Below are positions 41,198 through 52,022 of a DNA stretch of 64,000 nt, in pieces. The stretch spans positions 768,001 to 832,000 of the forward strand of contig CAXXTH010000017.1 of the NCBI GenBank assembly GCA_963668025.2, read 5' to 3'. This stretch comes from Candidatus Hydrogenedentota bacterium. Its GTDB lineage: Bacteria; Hydrogenedentota; Hydrogenedentia; Hydrogenedentales; SLHB01. Numbering within the stretch: the stretch's first letter is position 1; every line of letters begins with the position of its first letter. A program made the position numbers and the translations under genes. Below the pieces are notes generated by a model that worked only from the letters and a program-made list of their open reading frames with translations, was not told where the DNA came from and did not search any database.

Positions 41198-41384
41198 AGG
41201 CCAGGCATGCTTGATACAACACGCATGATGTCGTATTTCCTTTTCACGCGGACGCATTCGTTGTTGCCTGGCAAATATGCGGAGTGGTTCTTGATGCCCT
41301 ATACAAACTATAATGGGATTTATTGCTTGAAACCGTTTCAATTTGGGAGAAATGGCCACATTTTGAAGAGAAGGGGAGGCCAGT

Positions 41385-42551
41385 ATGGCTAAGAAAAAAC
41401 TAAATGTCGCGTTGATCGGTACGAAGTTCATGGGGAAGGCCCATAGCAATGGATTCCGCAAGGTGGGCATGTTTTTCGATCTGCCGTATGAGCCCGTCAT
41501 GAAAGTGATCTGCGGCAAGGATCCGAAAGGCACTCAGGAAGCGGCGGAGAAGTTTGGATGGGAAGAATACTCGACGAACTGGGAAGAGGTGGTGGCGCGG
41601 CCTGACATCGACATTGTCGATATTGTAACCTCGGGAAACATGCACCATCCCATGGCGGTCGCGGCCGCAAAAGCCGGCAAGCACATCATTTGCGAAAAGC
41701 CGCTCGCCAATACGCGCGCGGAAGCCCAAGAGATGCTCGATGCGGTCAAAAAAGCGGGCGTGAACCATATGTGCGCGTTCTCGAACCGTTTTGCCCCGGC
41801 CATCAACACCATCAAGAATATGATTCAAAAAGGCGAATTGGGCGAGATTTTCCATTTCCGCGCCGCCTACCAGCAGGATTGGATCGTAGACCCCGAATTC
41901 CCCATCAACTGGCGCTTGCAGAAGAAGACAGCGGGTTCTGGCGCGCTGGGCGACATTGGCGCGCACATCATCGACATGTGCCACAATCTCGTAGGCAATA
42001 TCGATGAAGTGAGCGCCACCCTTCAGACCTTCATCAAAAAACGTCCCATCCCAGAAGGCCAGGCCACCTTCGCGGGGAAAAAAGCGGCCAAATCGGCGAA
42101 AATGGGCACGGTGGACGTAGACGACGCGGCCATTATCCTGGCGCGCATCAAGGGCAAGAATACCTTGGCCACCTTCGAGGCGACCCGCTTCGCTCCCGGC
42201 CGCCGTAATTATAATGCTATCGAGGTGTACGGCAGCAAGGGCAGCATCTTGTGGAATCAAGAAGACATGAATATCTTCCAGTACTATAATTGCAGTGATC
42301 CAAGCACCCTGCAAGGCTTCCGCCGCGTCAACGCCACGGACCCCGGCCATCCCTACACGCAAGCCTGGTGGCCCAGCGCGCATATCATCGGCTACGAACA
42401 CTTGTTCGTCCATGAAGCCTACGAATTCATCACGCAACTGGGCAAGAAGAAGGTGACGTATCCGACCTTCGAGGACGGCCTCGCTTGCCAGAAAGTGCTC
42501 GACGCCGTCGAGGAAGCCGCCGCGAGCAAACAGTGGGTGAAGGTGAAATAG
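41385..42551 (+). CDS. Gfo/Idh/MocA oxidoreductase
   Basis: [25 protein letters not shown]. Confidence 0.93.
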   Translation: MAKKKLNVALIGTKFMGKAHSNGFRKVGMFFDLPYEPVMKVICGKDPKGTQEAAEKFGWEEYSTNWEEVVARPDIDIVDIVTSGNMHHPMAVAAAKAGKHIICEKPLANTRAEAQEMLDAVKKAGVNHMCAFSNRFAPAINTIKNMIQKGELGEIFHFRAAYQQDWIVDPEFPINWRLQKKTAGSGALGDIGAHIIDMCHNLVGNIDEVSATLQTFIKKRPIPEGQATFAGKKAAKSAKMGTVDVDDAAIILARIKGKNTLATFEATRFAPGRRNYNAIEVYGSKGSILWNQEDMNIFQYYNCSDPSTLQGFRRVNATDPGHPYTQAWWPSAHIIGYEHLFVHEAYEFITQLGKKKVTYPTFEDGLACQKVLDAVEEAAASKQWVKVK

Positions 42552-42559
42552 GTGCAGTT

Positions 42560-42859
42560 ATGAATCTGCCCATCGAGATTGATTCGGATGCGATTGCCAC
42601 ATTTTGTAAAGAGCGGCACATCGCTAAGCTTGCTTGGTTTGGCTCCGTTTTGACGGATCGGTTTGGACCCGATAGTGATGTGGATGTGCTTGTAGAGTTC
42701 GAACCGGAACATAAACCAGGCCTGATTGGCCTTGCGGGGATGGAGATAGAATTATCACAACTCTTAGGCCGTAAGGTGGATATGCGGACGCCGAATGACT
42801 TGAGCCGTTATTTCCGGGATGAGGTTATTAAGATGGCGGTGGTGCAATATGCCGCATAG
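42560..42859 (+). CDS. MntA-type minimal nucleotidyltransferase antitoxin
   Basis: FGS-x10-DVD ([16 protein letters not shown]). Confidence 0.9.
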   Translation: MNLPIEIDSDAIATFCKERHIAKLAWFGSVLTDRFGPDSDVDVLVEFEPEHKPGLIGLAGMEIELSQLLGRKVDMRTPNDLSRYFRDEVIKMAVVQYAA

Positions 42860-43199
42860 CCCGGACACCACACGTTTGCGCCATATGGCCGAGGCGATAG
42901 AAGATGCTCAAGCGTTCACCGCGGATGTCGCGGAAGAACAATTTCGTTGTGACAAAAAGATACAATTCGCATTAGTGCGTTGCGTTGAGATTGTGGGCGA
43001 AGCGGCTGCACGGCTTTCGCCCACATATCGAAACACGCATCCAGAAATACCATGGGCGAGTATTATCGGCATGCGCAATCGATTGGTCCATGTGTACTTT
43101 GACATTGATTTGGACCTTCTCTGGCACACCGTGCGAGTTGAGCTTCCTAAACTGTATTCCCAGGTATTGTTATTCCTGGAGGAAATAGATCCTGTTTGA
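42849..43199 (+). CDS. HepT/DUF86 HEPN RNase toxin
   Basis: EIVGEA, IPW, Rx4H motif RNRLVH.Y. Confidence 0.9.
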   Translation: MPHSPDTTRLRHMAEAIEDAQAFTADVAEEQFRCDKKIQFALVRCVEIVGEAAARLSPTYRNTHPEIPWASIIGMRNRLVHVYFDIDLDLLWHTVRVELPKLYSQVLLFLEEIDPV

Positions 43200-43383
43200 T
43201 GTTTTGTCACGAGGAGTGCCACTTTATGATAATCACTTGAGTTTAGAGAGAAACACGAGATGGGAAAATCATAATGGCCGTTATTGACCCCCAATACGCC
43301 ATGTGCTACCCCGTGTTCTCCGTGTCCCGTGGTGAAAAATCCGGAAACATAAACCATTAATCAACCTTCAGGAGGAATGATCC

Positions 43384-44346
43384 ATGAAATTAGGTTTCTT
43401 CTCGGTGCTCTTCAGTGGCAAGCCGCTCAAGGAAGTGCTCGAACTGATTAGGCCGCTCAAGCTCGAGGCCATCGAACTGGGAACCGGCAATTATCCGGGC
43501 AACGCCCATGCGCCGCTCGATGAACTCCTGGCGTCGAAGCCCAAGCGAAATGAACTCTTCGCCATGGTTAAGGGCGAGGGGCTCGTGATCAGCGCATTGA
43601 GCTGTCATGGCAACTGCCTGCATCCGGACAAGGCCTTCGCTAAGAAAAATATCGACGTGCAGACCAACACCATCAAGCTCGCCGAAATGATGGGCGTCAA
43701 AACCATCATCGAGTTCGCGGGCTGCCCTGGTTCGGACGATCAATCGACGAAGCCCAACTGGGTCACATGCCCATGGCCGGATGATTACCTTCAGATCCTC
43801 GATTGGCAGTGGAATGAGAAAGTCATCCCATACTGGACCAAGCAAGCGAAGTTCGCCGCCGAACATGGCGTGCAAATCGCCTTCGAAGCGCACCCAGGGT
43901 TCGTAGTCTATAATCCCGAGACCCTCCTCAAACTACGCAAGGCCTGCGGCAAGAATGTGGGCGCGAACTTCGATCCGAGCCATTTCTTCTGGCAAGGCAT
44001 CGAGCCGGTCGACGCCGTGCGCGCCTTGGGCAAGGCCATCTTCCATGTCCACGCCAAGGACTCGGTCGTGTATCCGCAGAACGCCCGCGTCAACGGCGTC
44101 CTGGACACGAAACACTACGGCGATGAAATCAATCGCTCTTGGCTCTTCCGGGCCTGCGGCTACGGCCACAGCCTCGAGTGGTGGAAAGATTTCGTCTCAA
44201 CCTTGCGCATGGTGGGCTACGACGGCGCATTGAGCATCGAACACGAAGACAGCCTCATGTCGAACTGGGAAGGCCTAAGCAAAGCGGCTGAATTCCTGCA
44301 CGAAGCGCTCATCAAGCAGAAAGTCACTGCCATGCATTGGGCGTGA
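43384..44346 (+). CDS. Sugar phosphate isomerase/epimerase (TIM barrel)
   Basis: EAHPG, NFDPSH, HVHAKD, SIEHED. Confidence 0.9.
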   Translation: MKLGFFSVLFSGKPLKEVLELIRPLKLEAIELGTGNYPGNAHAPLDELLASKPKRNELFAMVKGEGLVISALSCHGNCLHPDKAFAKKNIDVQTNTIKLAEMMGVKTIIEFAGCPGSDDQSTKPNWVTCPWPDDYLQILDWQWNEKVIPYWTKQAKFAAEHGVQIAFEAHPGFVVYNPETLLKLRKACGKNVGANFDPSHFFWQGIEPVDAVRALGKAIFHVHAKDSVVYPQNARVNGVLDTKHYGDEINRSWLFRACGYGHSLEWWKDFVSTLRMVGYDGALSIEHEDSLMSNWEGLSKAAEFLHEALIKQKVTAMHWA

Positions 44347-44375
44347 TAACAGAATTAACTGAGGATAAAACCGGT

Positions 44376-44414
44376 ATGGCAGAGGCGCAATCCAAACGCT
44401 TCTGCCATTTTTTT
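44376..44414 (+). terminator. Intrinsic terminator
   Basis: ATGGCAGAGGCG / CGCTTCTGCCAT stem followed by a T-tract. Confidence 0.8.
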
Positions 44415-44853
44415 ATAATGTGCCTCTTCGTCAGAATCCGTGGGTGGATAGACTTTCCGTGAATGGTAACTTATTTTAGCAAAAGAACTTAAACGATTCG
44501 ATGGAGCAGCGGATATATATGTAAGCTATATATATAACGTCATCCTAGCGAAAGCGCTCGGGATTTCTGTTTTCGCGGGAATGACGAAGTAATAGTACAG
44601 TTTTTTACCGCAGTATTCATGTCTGGCGATTCCGAGAGTAAATCATTCCCTTTACGAAACTCCCCGCCCTCGGCGCTTCTGCGATAATGTTGTCTGCACA
44701 GCAGCGGAGCGCCGCCCTCCCCGGCAAATCAAAAAGATCGTAATCAAATAGGAGAATATATGCCAGAATGGGATTTCCAGTAACGAAAAAGGCTGTTTTT
44801 TAAATCTTGAGCCGCTCTAGGTTGGACCCATTGTTCGGCGCTCTTTACCCATC

Positions 44854-45438
44854 CTAAATGATATCCATTCCTTTTTTTATATCTTCTTCCATCATTCTTA
44901 TCTTGCTTTTTTCAATAGCAAAACTATCCCCCGTTTGGGTATATGACGGTATAAACCTTATTCCACTATGAATATATTCTTCATTTCTTATTTTATATGT
45001 GGGCCCATTGGGAATTATTCTTTGTTTATGTTTTCTTTTCCATATGTAGTTCATTGATTTAATGGCAAAATCGCCCATTAACAGGATTACCTTCACATGA
45101 GTAAAAGGCTCTATTTCTTTTTCCAAAAGGAATGAGCATTCTTCGATTGTTTTTGCTGATACTAAATACTCTTTTTTTACGCATTTTATGGCCGTTGTTA
45201 GATAGATACCGTTATTCAAATAGTCCTCGTATGTTTTGTACGCATATCCAATTCGATCAAATAACGTGTTGGTGTTCTTTATAAATGCTGGAATTCCCTT
45301 CCCATCAAAATAATCGGGTATATGGGGGGGCACAGACTCTGATATCATAATCAGTCTTATCTTTTCATTATCTACTTTGATTCTCTGAAAATGTTTGACG
45401 GGATTCACATCCGGACAACATGAATCACATACCAACAT
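44854..45438 (-). CDS. Uracil-DNA glycosylase-like family protein (AT-rich)
   Basis: IMISES, YLTTAIKC, LLMGD; markedly AT-rich. Confidence 0.75.
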   Translation of the reverse strand: MLVCDSCCPDVNPVKHFQRIKVDNEKIRLIMISESVPPHIPDYFDGKGIPAFIKNTNTLFDRIGYAYKTYEDYLNNGIYLTTAIKCVKKEYLVSAKTIEECSFLLEKEIEPFTHVKVILLMGDFAIKSMNYIWKRKHKQRIIPNGPTYKIRNEEYIHSGIRFIPSYTQTGDSFAIEKSKIRMMEEDIKKGMDII

Positions 45439-45516
45439 TTCCGTCTCTTCCCTTTTTCATTTTACCCGCGCGAAGCGTCCTCCGAACACAAACCAGGTCA
45501 ACCTACCACCCGCGCC

Positions 45517-47208
45517 TTAGAACAACCCTGTCACTTCGCCGTTTTCGTCGATATCGATCTTCGTGGCCCCTGGCGTCGAGGGGAGGCCGGGCATGAGCAT
45601 GATATCGCCGCACACCGCGATGACGAATCCCGCGCCCACGGCGGCCCGTAACTCCCGCACAGGCACGATGAAGCATTCGGGACGGCCTTTCAGCGAGGGA
45701 TCGTGCGACAAGGAGAGCGGCGTTTTGGCCATGCATACCGGCAGATTGGCATATCCGTTTTGCGTGAGCCATGCGAGCTGTTTACGTGCTTCAGGTTCGA
45801 AGCTGATCCCTTTCGCTCCATACAGCCGCGTGGCGATCGTGTGTATTTTCTCTTCGATGGGGGCGTCGAGCGCGTAGAGCGGCTTGAATGCGTTCGGACG
45901 CGCCGCTGCTTCAGCCACTTTCTCCGCCAGCTCGAGGCCGCCTTCGCCGCCCTTGGCGTGCATGTCGCTGACAACGGCTTCCGCGCCCGCCGCGCGGACC
46001 AATTCGCACACCAGGTCCAGTTCACTGTGGGTATCGGTGGGGAATCGATTGACCGACACGACTACGTTCACGCCAAAGGCCTGCACGTTTTCGATTTGCT
46101 TCACCAGATTGCATGCCCCCGCGCGGATGGCATCCAGGTCTTCGCGCATCAGCCCCTCATCGAGCGGCTTGCCCGGCTTTACCATGAACCGGCCGCTATG
46201 GACCTTGAGCGCGCGCACGGTCGCCACGATCACGGCCGCATCGGGAAAAAGGCCGCTGGCGCGGCATTTGATGTGGGCGAATTTCTCGAAGCCCATATCC
46301 GCGCCGAAGCCCGCCTCGGTGATGACATACTCGCCCAGCTTCAAGCCCATACGGTCGGCCAGCACGGAACTGTTGCCGTGGGCGATGTTGGCGAAAGGCC
46401 CGGCATGGACAAAGACCGGTGTATTTTCCGTGGTCTGCATGAGCGTGGGCCGGATGGCTTCATGCATGATGGCCGCCATGGCCCCAGCGGCTTTAAGGTC
46501 GTCCGCCGTCACCGGCTTGCCTTCCCGGTTCGGGCCAATGACGACGCGCCCGATGCGCTTGCGCAAATCCCGCAAATCATCCGCCAAGGCCAGAATGGCC
46601 ATGACCTCGCTCGCTACGGCGATGTCGAATCCTGATTCGCGCGGCACGCCGTGCGCCTGGCCGCCCAAACCCACGATGATGTGGCGCAAGGCGCGGTCCG
46701 ACACATCCACCACCCGCCGCCACGAGATGAGGTGGGGCGCGATACCTAGTGCGTTGCCATGGTGCAAATGGTTGTCCACCATGGCGGCGAGTAAATTGTG
46801 GGCGATGGAGACGGCGTGGATGTCGCCGGTGAGGTGCAGGTTGAATTCATCCATCGGGATGACTTGCGAATACCCGCCGCCCGCCGCGCCGCCTTTGATG
46901 CCGAAAGCCGGCCCCATTGAAGGCTGGCGCACGCAAATGATCGCGTTGCGCCCCGTCTTGTGCAGCGCCTGGCCCAGCCCGACGGTCGTGAGCGTTTTCC
47001 CCTCACCCAATGGAGTGGGCGTCATCGCGGTGACAATGATGTATTTGCCATTGGGCCGGTCCGCCAGGCGTCCGAGCAGGCTCAGATCAATTTTTGCCTT
47101 ATACCGGCCATACGGATGCACCTCTTCATCCAGCAGCCCCAGCGTCGAGGCGATCTCACGGATAGGTTTTAATGGCGTATTTCGGGCGATTTCCAAATCG
47201 CTCAGCAT
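45517..47208 (-). CDS. fhs: Formate--tetrahydrofolate ligase
   Basis: TPLGEGKT, GIKGGAAGGGYSQ, HAGPFANIAHG, TEAGFGAD, MPGLP. Confidence 0.97.
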   Translation of the reverse strand: MLSDLEIARNTPLKPIREIASTLGLLDEEVHPYGRYKAKIDLSLLGRLADRPNGKYIIVTAMTPTPLGEGKTLTTVGLGQALHKTGRNAIICVRQPSMGPAFGIKGGAAGGGYSQVIPMDEFNLHLTGDIHAVSIAHNLLAAMVDNHLHHGNALGIAPHLISWRRVVDVSDRALRHIIVGLGGQAHGVPRESGFDIAVASEVMAILALADDLRDLRKRIGRVVIGPNREGKPVTADDLKAAGAMAAIMHEAIRPTLMQTTENTPVFVHAGPFANIAHGNSSVLADRMGLKLGEYVITEAGFGADMGFEKFAHIKCRASGLFPDAAVIVATVRALKVHSGRFMVKPGKPLDEGLMREDLDAIRAGACNLVKQIENVQAFGVNVVVSVNRFPTDTHSELDLVCELVRAAGAEAVVSDMHAKGGEGGLELAEKVAEAAARPNAFKPLYALDAPIEEKIHTIATRLYGAKGISFEPEARKQLAWLTQNGYANLPVCMAKTPLSLSHDPSLKGRPECFIVPVRELRAAVGAGFVIAVCGDIMLMPGLPSTPGATKIDIDENGEVTGLF

Positions 47209-47728
47209 TTCCAGCTCCTTGTAGTAGGCTATTGCGCGGCGTGTGCGGCCATTTTGCCGTCCCGTGCGCATCAGCGCCCCCTACGCACGCCAACGGGAAA
47301 ATCCATCATACGGGACACCTTATGTAGGGTCAAGAAATGACAGCAATCGCCGGTCATTCTTCACGCCAGGAAATACTAGAAATTCGGTGGACGCATGTGT
47401 AACAGGCTCTTGCGGAACTCTGCGTACTCCGCGCCTGGCGAATATGGACGTTTGAATAGAAAGCGCTTGAGCTTCATCGCTTGCTAAAGTATGCTGAGTA
47501 TACTTTTCGGGCCAGGCTTTGGGTATGGAGAAATTCGCAAGGATCGGGAGGCAAGAAAAGATGGTGCTGGTACGGCGGGCCAAAGCCTGGTTCATGCGTG
47601 AATTCTCAATTGGAATGCTCTCCCGTGGTGCGGATTCCCGTTTTAGCTACATCGTCAAGTTTCATTTGAACTCTACCCTAAAGAATGCGGAAAAACTTTG
47701 TACACAGCCAGATGGAGGTCCCGTGTTC

Positions 47729-50700
47729 ATGAAGAGGATAGCGGCATGGTGCGTGCTACTGATGATTTTAGCGGCAGCCCAGGGGTGGGCGGGAGATTTA
47801 TCAGACGAATTTCAAAATCCGCCAGCCGCGGCCCGGCCGTGGGTCTGGTGGTTTTGGATCAATGGCAATATTTCGCGTGAGGGCATCACCAAAGATCTGG
47901 AAGCCATGCAAAAAACCGGGATCGGCGGCGCGCTAATTTTGGAAGTGGTCCTGGGTGAGCCGGCCGGGCCGGTGTCCTTCATGAGCCCCCAGTGGCGTGA
48001 ACTCTTCAAACATGCCGATGCCGAGGCGCGGCGGCTGGGGTTGGAACTGGATATTCAAAATGATGCCAGTTGGCAGGGCAGCGGCGGCCCCTGGATCAAA
48101 CCTGAACAAGCCATGAAAATGGTCGTCTGGAGTGAGGTTGACGTTGAAGGTCCGTGCCATTTTGACCAGCCGCTTGACCAGCCACGAACGGTTGAAGGCT
48201 TTTATCGCGACATCGCCGTGCAGGCCATCCCCGCCACGGATGGATATCGCATTGAGGGCATGCAGTCCAAGGCGGCCTATCCAGCCGATTATCCGGCTAT
48301 TGCCGGCCAGGGACCGTTGACCCAGGCGTCGCTGGTTCATCGGGATCAAGTTACAAACCTAAGCGCCCGGATGGACGCCCAGGGGCGTCTTACATGGGAT
48401 GTACCGGCTGGCAAGTGGACCGTGCTGCGTTTTGGTTACACCTGCACGGGCGCTAAAAATATCCCGGCTCCGGCCAGTGGGATCGGTTTGGAATGCGACA
48501 AGATGAGCCCGCAGGGCATCGAGGCCAGTTTCGCCGGAATGATGGCCAAGCTTTGTGATGACGTTGGCCCGGCCCGGCCCGGCCGCGGTCTGCGGGCCGT
48601 GCATATCGATAGTTGGGAAAACGGCTCACAAAATTGGACCGGCCGGATGCCCGAGGAATTCCGCACCCGCCGGGGCTATGACCTTGAACCCTATCTGGCG
48701 GCGATGACCGGACGAGTGGTCGATGACCCCGCCGTCTCGGAGCGCTTCCTTTGGGATCTGCGCCAGACCGTCTCGGAACTGATTGTCGATAATTACGGCA
48801 AGCGGATGCAGCAATTGGCGGCCGAGCGCGGCCTGCGCTTTACCGTTGAGGCGTACGGAGGTCCTTGCGATGCCTTGCCTTATGCCGGTATCAGCGATGA
48901 GCCGCAGGGCGAATTCTGGATCGGCGGCCTTGCGGCTGCCACCTGCCGTGGCATGGTTTCAGCCGCCCATACCTATGGCAAGCCGGTGATCGGCGCCGAG
49001 GCCTTAACTTCGGTCGATCAAGACCGCTTTCTGGCCCACCCCGCCTCGATTAAAATTCTGAACGACCGCATGTTCTGTATGGGCATCAACCGCATGCTGT
49101 TTCACCGGTTTGTGCACCAGCCGTGGGACGTGGAGCGCCGGCCCGGCATGGGCATGGGGCCCACGGGCTTCCATTACGACCGCACCCAGACCTGGTGGGA
49201 TGAGACCGGGCCGTGGAACCTTTATTTGAGCCGCTGTCAATACCTCTTGCGCCAGGGAAATTACGTGGCGGACATCTGCTTCTTGCAACCCGAAATCCCC
49301 ATGATGACCTGGGAGCAGCACAATTTGCCCGGTTACGCCTGGGACGAGTGTTCAGCCCAAGCCGTGCTGACGCGCATGTCCGTTAAAGATGGCTGGCTGG
49401 TGCTCCCCGATGGCATGCGTTACCGTGTGCTGGTCTTGCCCGATCAGGACTTCATGTCGCTCAAATTGCTGGAGAAGATCAAGGATCTGGCCGGGCAGGG
49501 CGCTACGGTCATCGGCCGGCCTCCGCTGACGACGCCGGGCTTGGGCGGTTATCCGCAGTCCGATGCAAAAGTTCAGGCCTTGGCCGCCCAGTTGTGGGGC
49601 GATTGCGATGGCTCCACGGTCAAAGAGCGGGCCTATGGAAAAGGCCGCATTGTGTGGATCACGGACCCTGCCCAGTGGTTGGGGCAGCACGGCGTGGGCA
49701 GGGATTTTTCGAGCCAGCATCCCCTGCGTTATCTTCATCGGAGCATGAAGGGGACGGATATATATTTCGTTTCCAACCCCCGTACGTCTGCTGATACGGC
49801 GCCAGCGATTTTCCGCGTGCAGGGCAAGGCGCCCGAATTGTGGTTTCCCGAAACCGGCCGCATGCAAAAGGCTCCGGTTTATGCCGCCCTGGGTGACTCC
49901 ACGAGTGTCATGCTGCCGCTGGGCCCAAGCGGTTCGGTCTTTGTGATCTTCCGCGAGCCCTGCGGCTCGAAGGAGGATCCGGTCGTGCGCGTGCAGCACA
50001 ATGGCCAGCCGCTGTTTGCCGCGTTGATTGATCCTGCGGAAAAACCTGTGCCGGTGACAGTTGAAAAGGCCGTCTATGGCGTGCTGGAGGATCCTTCCCG
50101 CACGTGCGACCTGGCCGCCAAAGTTCAGGCCATGTTCGATGCGGGCAAGACGGACTTGGAGATCACCCCTACGCTCGCTGATAAGGGAGACCCGGCCCCC
50201 GGAGCCCTCAAGACGTTGCGGTGCGATGCGCTGATCGCCGGGCAGCGCGCGAGTTTCTCCGGCCAGGATACGACCCTGATCGATTTGGCGGCATTCGTGG
50301 GGGCGGCCGTGCCGGCTGGGCCACAGCCTCCGGCTGATATCGAAACGGACGGGACCGGCCGGTGTGTTCTGTCGGTTTGGGAGGCAGGCCTGTATGCCTT
50401 GACTGCCGCGTCGGGTAAAACATGGAGCTTGGATGTCCCGGCCGTGCCGGCGGCGCTTGATGTTACCGGAGCCTGGGAGCTTGCTTTCGATCCGGCCTGG
50501 GGCGGACCGGCCCATCTGAAGCTCGACCAGCTTGTTTCGCTCAGCGAGCATCCCGATCCCGCAGTGAAGTATTACTCCGGCTCGATCATTTATCACAAAA
50601 AAATCCAAATTCCACCCCAGAAGAACCGTAAAAGCCGCCTATTTCTAGATCTGGGCCGGGTGGAAGTCATGGCTGAAGTCTCCCTCAACGGGAAGAGCGC

Positions 50701-51037
50701 AGGCTTGCTCTGGAAGCCGCCCTTTTGTTTGGATGTTACAGAGTTTGTACAGCCGGGTGAAAATGATTTGACCGTCAAAGTGGTGAACCTATGGCCCAAC
50801 CGCCTGATCGGAGACGAGCAACTGGCCGAAGACAGCCCGCGCAATCCCGACGGCACGCTCAAGCAATGGCCCCAGTGGCTGCTGGAAAACAAACCCAGCC
50901 CCGTGGGGCGCTTTACCTTCACCACGTGGAGCACATGGAAGAAGGATGATCCCCTGCCACCCTCCGGGCTGATCGGCCCGGTGCGGCTGCGTACACGGCT
51001 GGATTTCGTCATCCCCGCAAAGGGATGGAAGAAATGA
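47729..51037 (+). CDS. GH106 alpha-L-rhamnosidase-like glycoside hydrolase
   Basis: RPWVWWFWINGN, HIDSWE, PSGLIGPV; signal peptide; GGAGG RBS. Confidence 0.88.
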   Translation: MKRIAAWCVLLMILAAAQGWAGDLSDEFQNPPAAARPWVWWFWINGNISREGITKDLEAMQKTGIGGALILEVVLGEPAGPVSFMSPQWRELFKHADAEARRLGLELDIQNDASWQGSGGPWIKPEQAMKMVVWSEVDVEGPCHFDQPLDQPRTVEGFYRDIAVQAIPATDGYRIEGMQSKAAYPADYPAIAGQGPLTQASLVHRDQVTNLSARMDAQGRLTWDVPAGKWTVLRFGYTCTGAKNIPAPASGIGLECDKMSPQGIEASFAGMMAKLCDDVGPARPGRGLRAVHIDSWENGSQNWTGRMPEEFRTRRGYDLEPYLAAMTGRVVDDPAVSERFLWDLRQTVSELIVDNYGKRMQQLAAERGLRFTVEAYGGPCDALPYAGISDEPQGEFWIGGLAAATCRGMVSAAHTYGKPVIGAEALTSVDQDRFLAHPASIKILNDRMFCMGINRMLFHRFVHQPWDVERRPGMGMGPTGFHYDRTQTWWDETGPWNLYLSRCQYLLRQGNYVADICFLQPEIPMMTWEQHNLPGYAWDECSAQAVLTRMSVKDGWLVLPDGMRYRVLVLPDQDFMSLKLLEKIKDLAGQGATVIGRPPLTTPGLGGYPQSDAKVQALAAQLWGDCDGSTVKERAYGKGRIVWITDPAQWLGQHGVGRDFSSQHPLRYLHRSMKGTDIYFVSNPRTSADTAPAIFRVQGKAPELWFPETGRMQKAPVYAALGDSTSVMLPLGPSGSVFVIFREPCGSKEDPVVRVQHNGQPLFAALIDPAEKPVPVTVEKAVYGVLEDPSRTCDLAAKVQAMFDAGKTDLEITPTLADKGDPAPGALKTLRCDALIAGQRASFSGQDTTLIDLAAFVGAAVPAGPQPPADIETDGTGRCVLSVWEAGLYALTAASGKTWSLDVPAVPAALDVTGAWELAFDPAWGGPAHLKLDQLVSLSEHPDPAVKYYSGSIIYHKKIQIPPQKNRKSRLFLDLGRVEVMAEVSLNGKSAGLLWKPPFCLDVTEFVQPGENDLTVKVVNLWPNRLIGDEQLAEDSPRNPDGTLKQWPQWLLENKPSPVGRFTFTTWSTWKKDDPLPPSGLIGPVRLRTRLDFVIPAKGWKK

Positions 51038-51368
51038 GACTCTTGGTGAAAAGCGGTCCATCCCGAGCCTATGTGCGCGAATGGGCCTGTGAGACCGTCC
51101 ACACGCTCAATGGCGGCAAACATGCCTGCCACCTTCTCCTCATCCGAAGGGAACGCCTTCAAGACGCTCGCTTCTATGGCCCCTACGCCTGCCATGCCCC
51201 TTATCACCAACAGGGCTGCCCTTGGAGGAGCAGATCGGGAGCCGAAAACGGGGCCAATGCGACAACCAGATAGAAGAACTCAAGTGGGATTTTGAGCCGC
51301 GCGCCTCCTTATAGCCACGCCGCCTGCCATTCTGGTATTGTAACGGAGTTATATGGCGAGGCCTTGAA

Positions 51369-51980
51369 ATGCAGAATATGGCTTTTCTCACCATCCCGGT
51401 TACGGTTTTAACGGCGCTGGCCAGCGTATGGGCCGTAATATGGAGCGCGCGGCGCGTCCACATCGAGGAATCACATCCGGCCGCCCTAACAGCAAATCGC
51501 GGCGGCGGATACCAATTCACCTGCACCCTTTGCCAAAAAGCGATGGCGTTCACTCAAAACGAAATCAAACCGCTAACAGGCATCGAGAAAGGCATGGTGG
51601 TGGCGTCTATCCCCGAAGCCCGGAGGCGTCCCCTTGGATTTCATGAATGCCCCCATTGCGGGGCCGATCATTATTTTCTGCTCGGCAAAGGCTTGCCGCA
51701 ATGGGCAGGCTCCAATCTTTATGTGGCGCAAGATAAACAGGCCACTTGCATCCAATGCCTGCGCCCGCTCCGAAAGCCTCCTTGGCCCAATGGCGCGTAC
51801 GAAGGACGCCCCGGCGACGCCCCGAGCCAGGCGATTGATTTCGGACTGCACTGTTCCCGGTGCGGGGCTGTGGTGTGTATTGAATGCGCGCGCCGGTCCA
51901 CGCGGGAGCCCGCGCCAGGCGGGATCATGGTATGCCCGCGCTGTTTCCGGCCTTCCCTAAATGCGTATTATTATTTTTGA
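51369..51980 (+). CDS. Membrane-anchored multi-CxxC zinc-finger protein
   Basis: N-terminal TM; six CxxC motifs. Confidence 0.65.
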   Translation: MQNMAFLTIPVTVLTALASVWAVIWSARRVHIEESHPAALTANRGGGYQFTCTLCQKAMAFTQNEIKPLTGIEKGMVVASIPEARRRPLGFHECPHCGADHYFLLGKGLPQWAGSNLYVAQDKQATCIQCLRPLRKPPWPNGAYEGRPGDAPSQAIDFGLHCSRCGAVVCIECARRSTREPAPGGIMVCPRCFRPSLNAYYYF

Positions 51981-52022
51981 AACGGTGGATACGCCGAATT
52001 AAAGAAACTTTAGGATCAAAAA

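Noticed and set aside
47209-47340. THF or ZTP riboswitch upstream of fhs
   Set aside because: GC-rich pairing is possible, but I could not match the conserved motifs. An Rfam/Infernal scan would decide.
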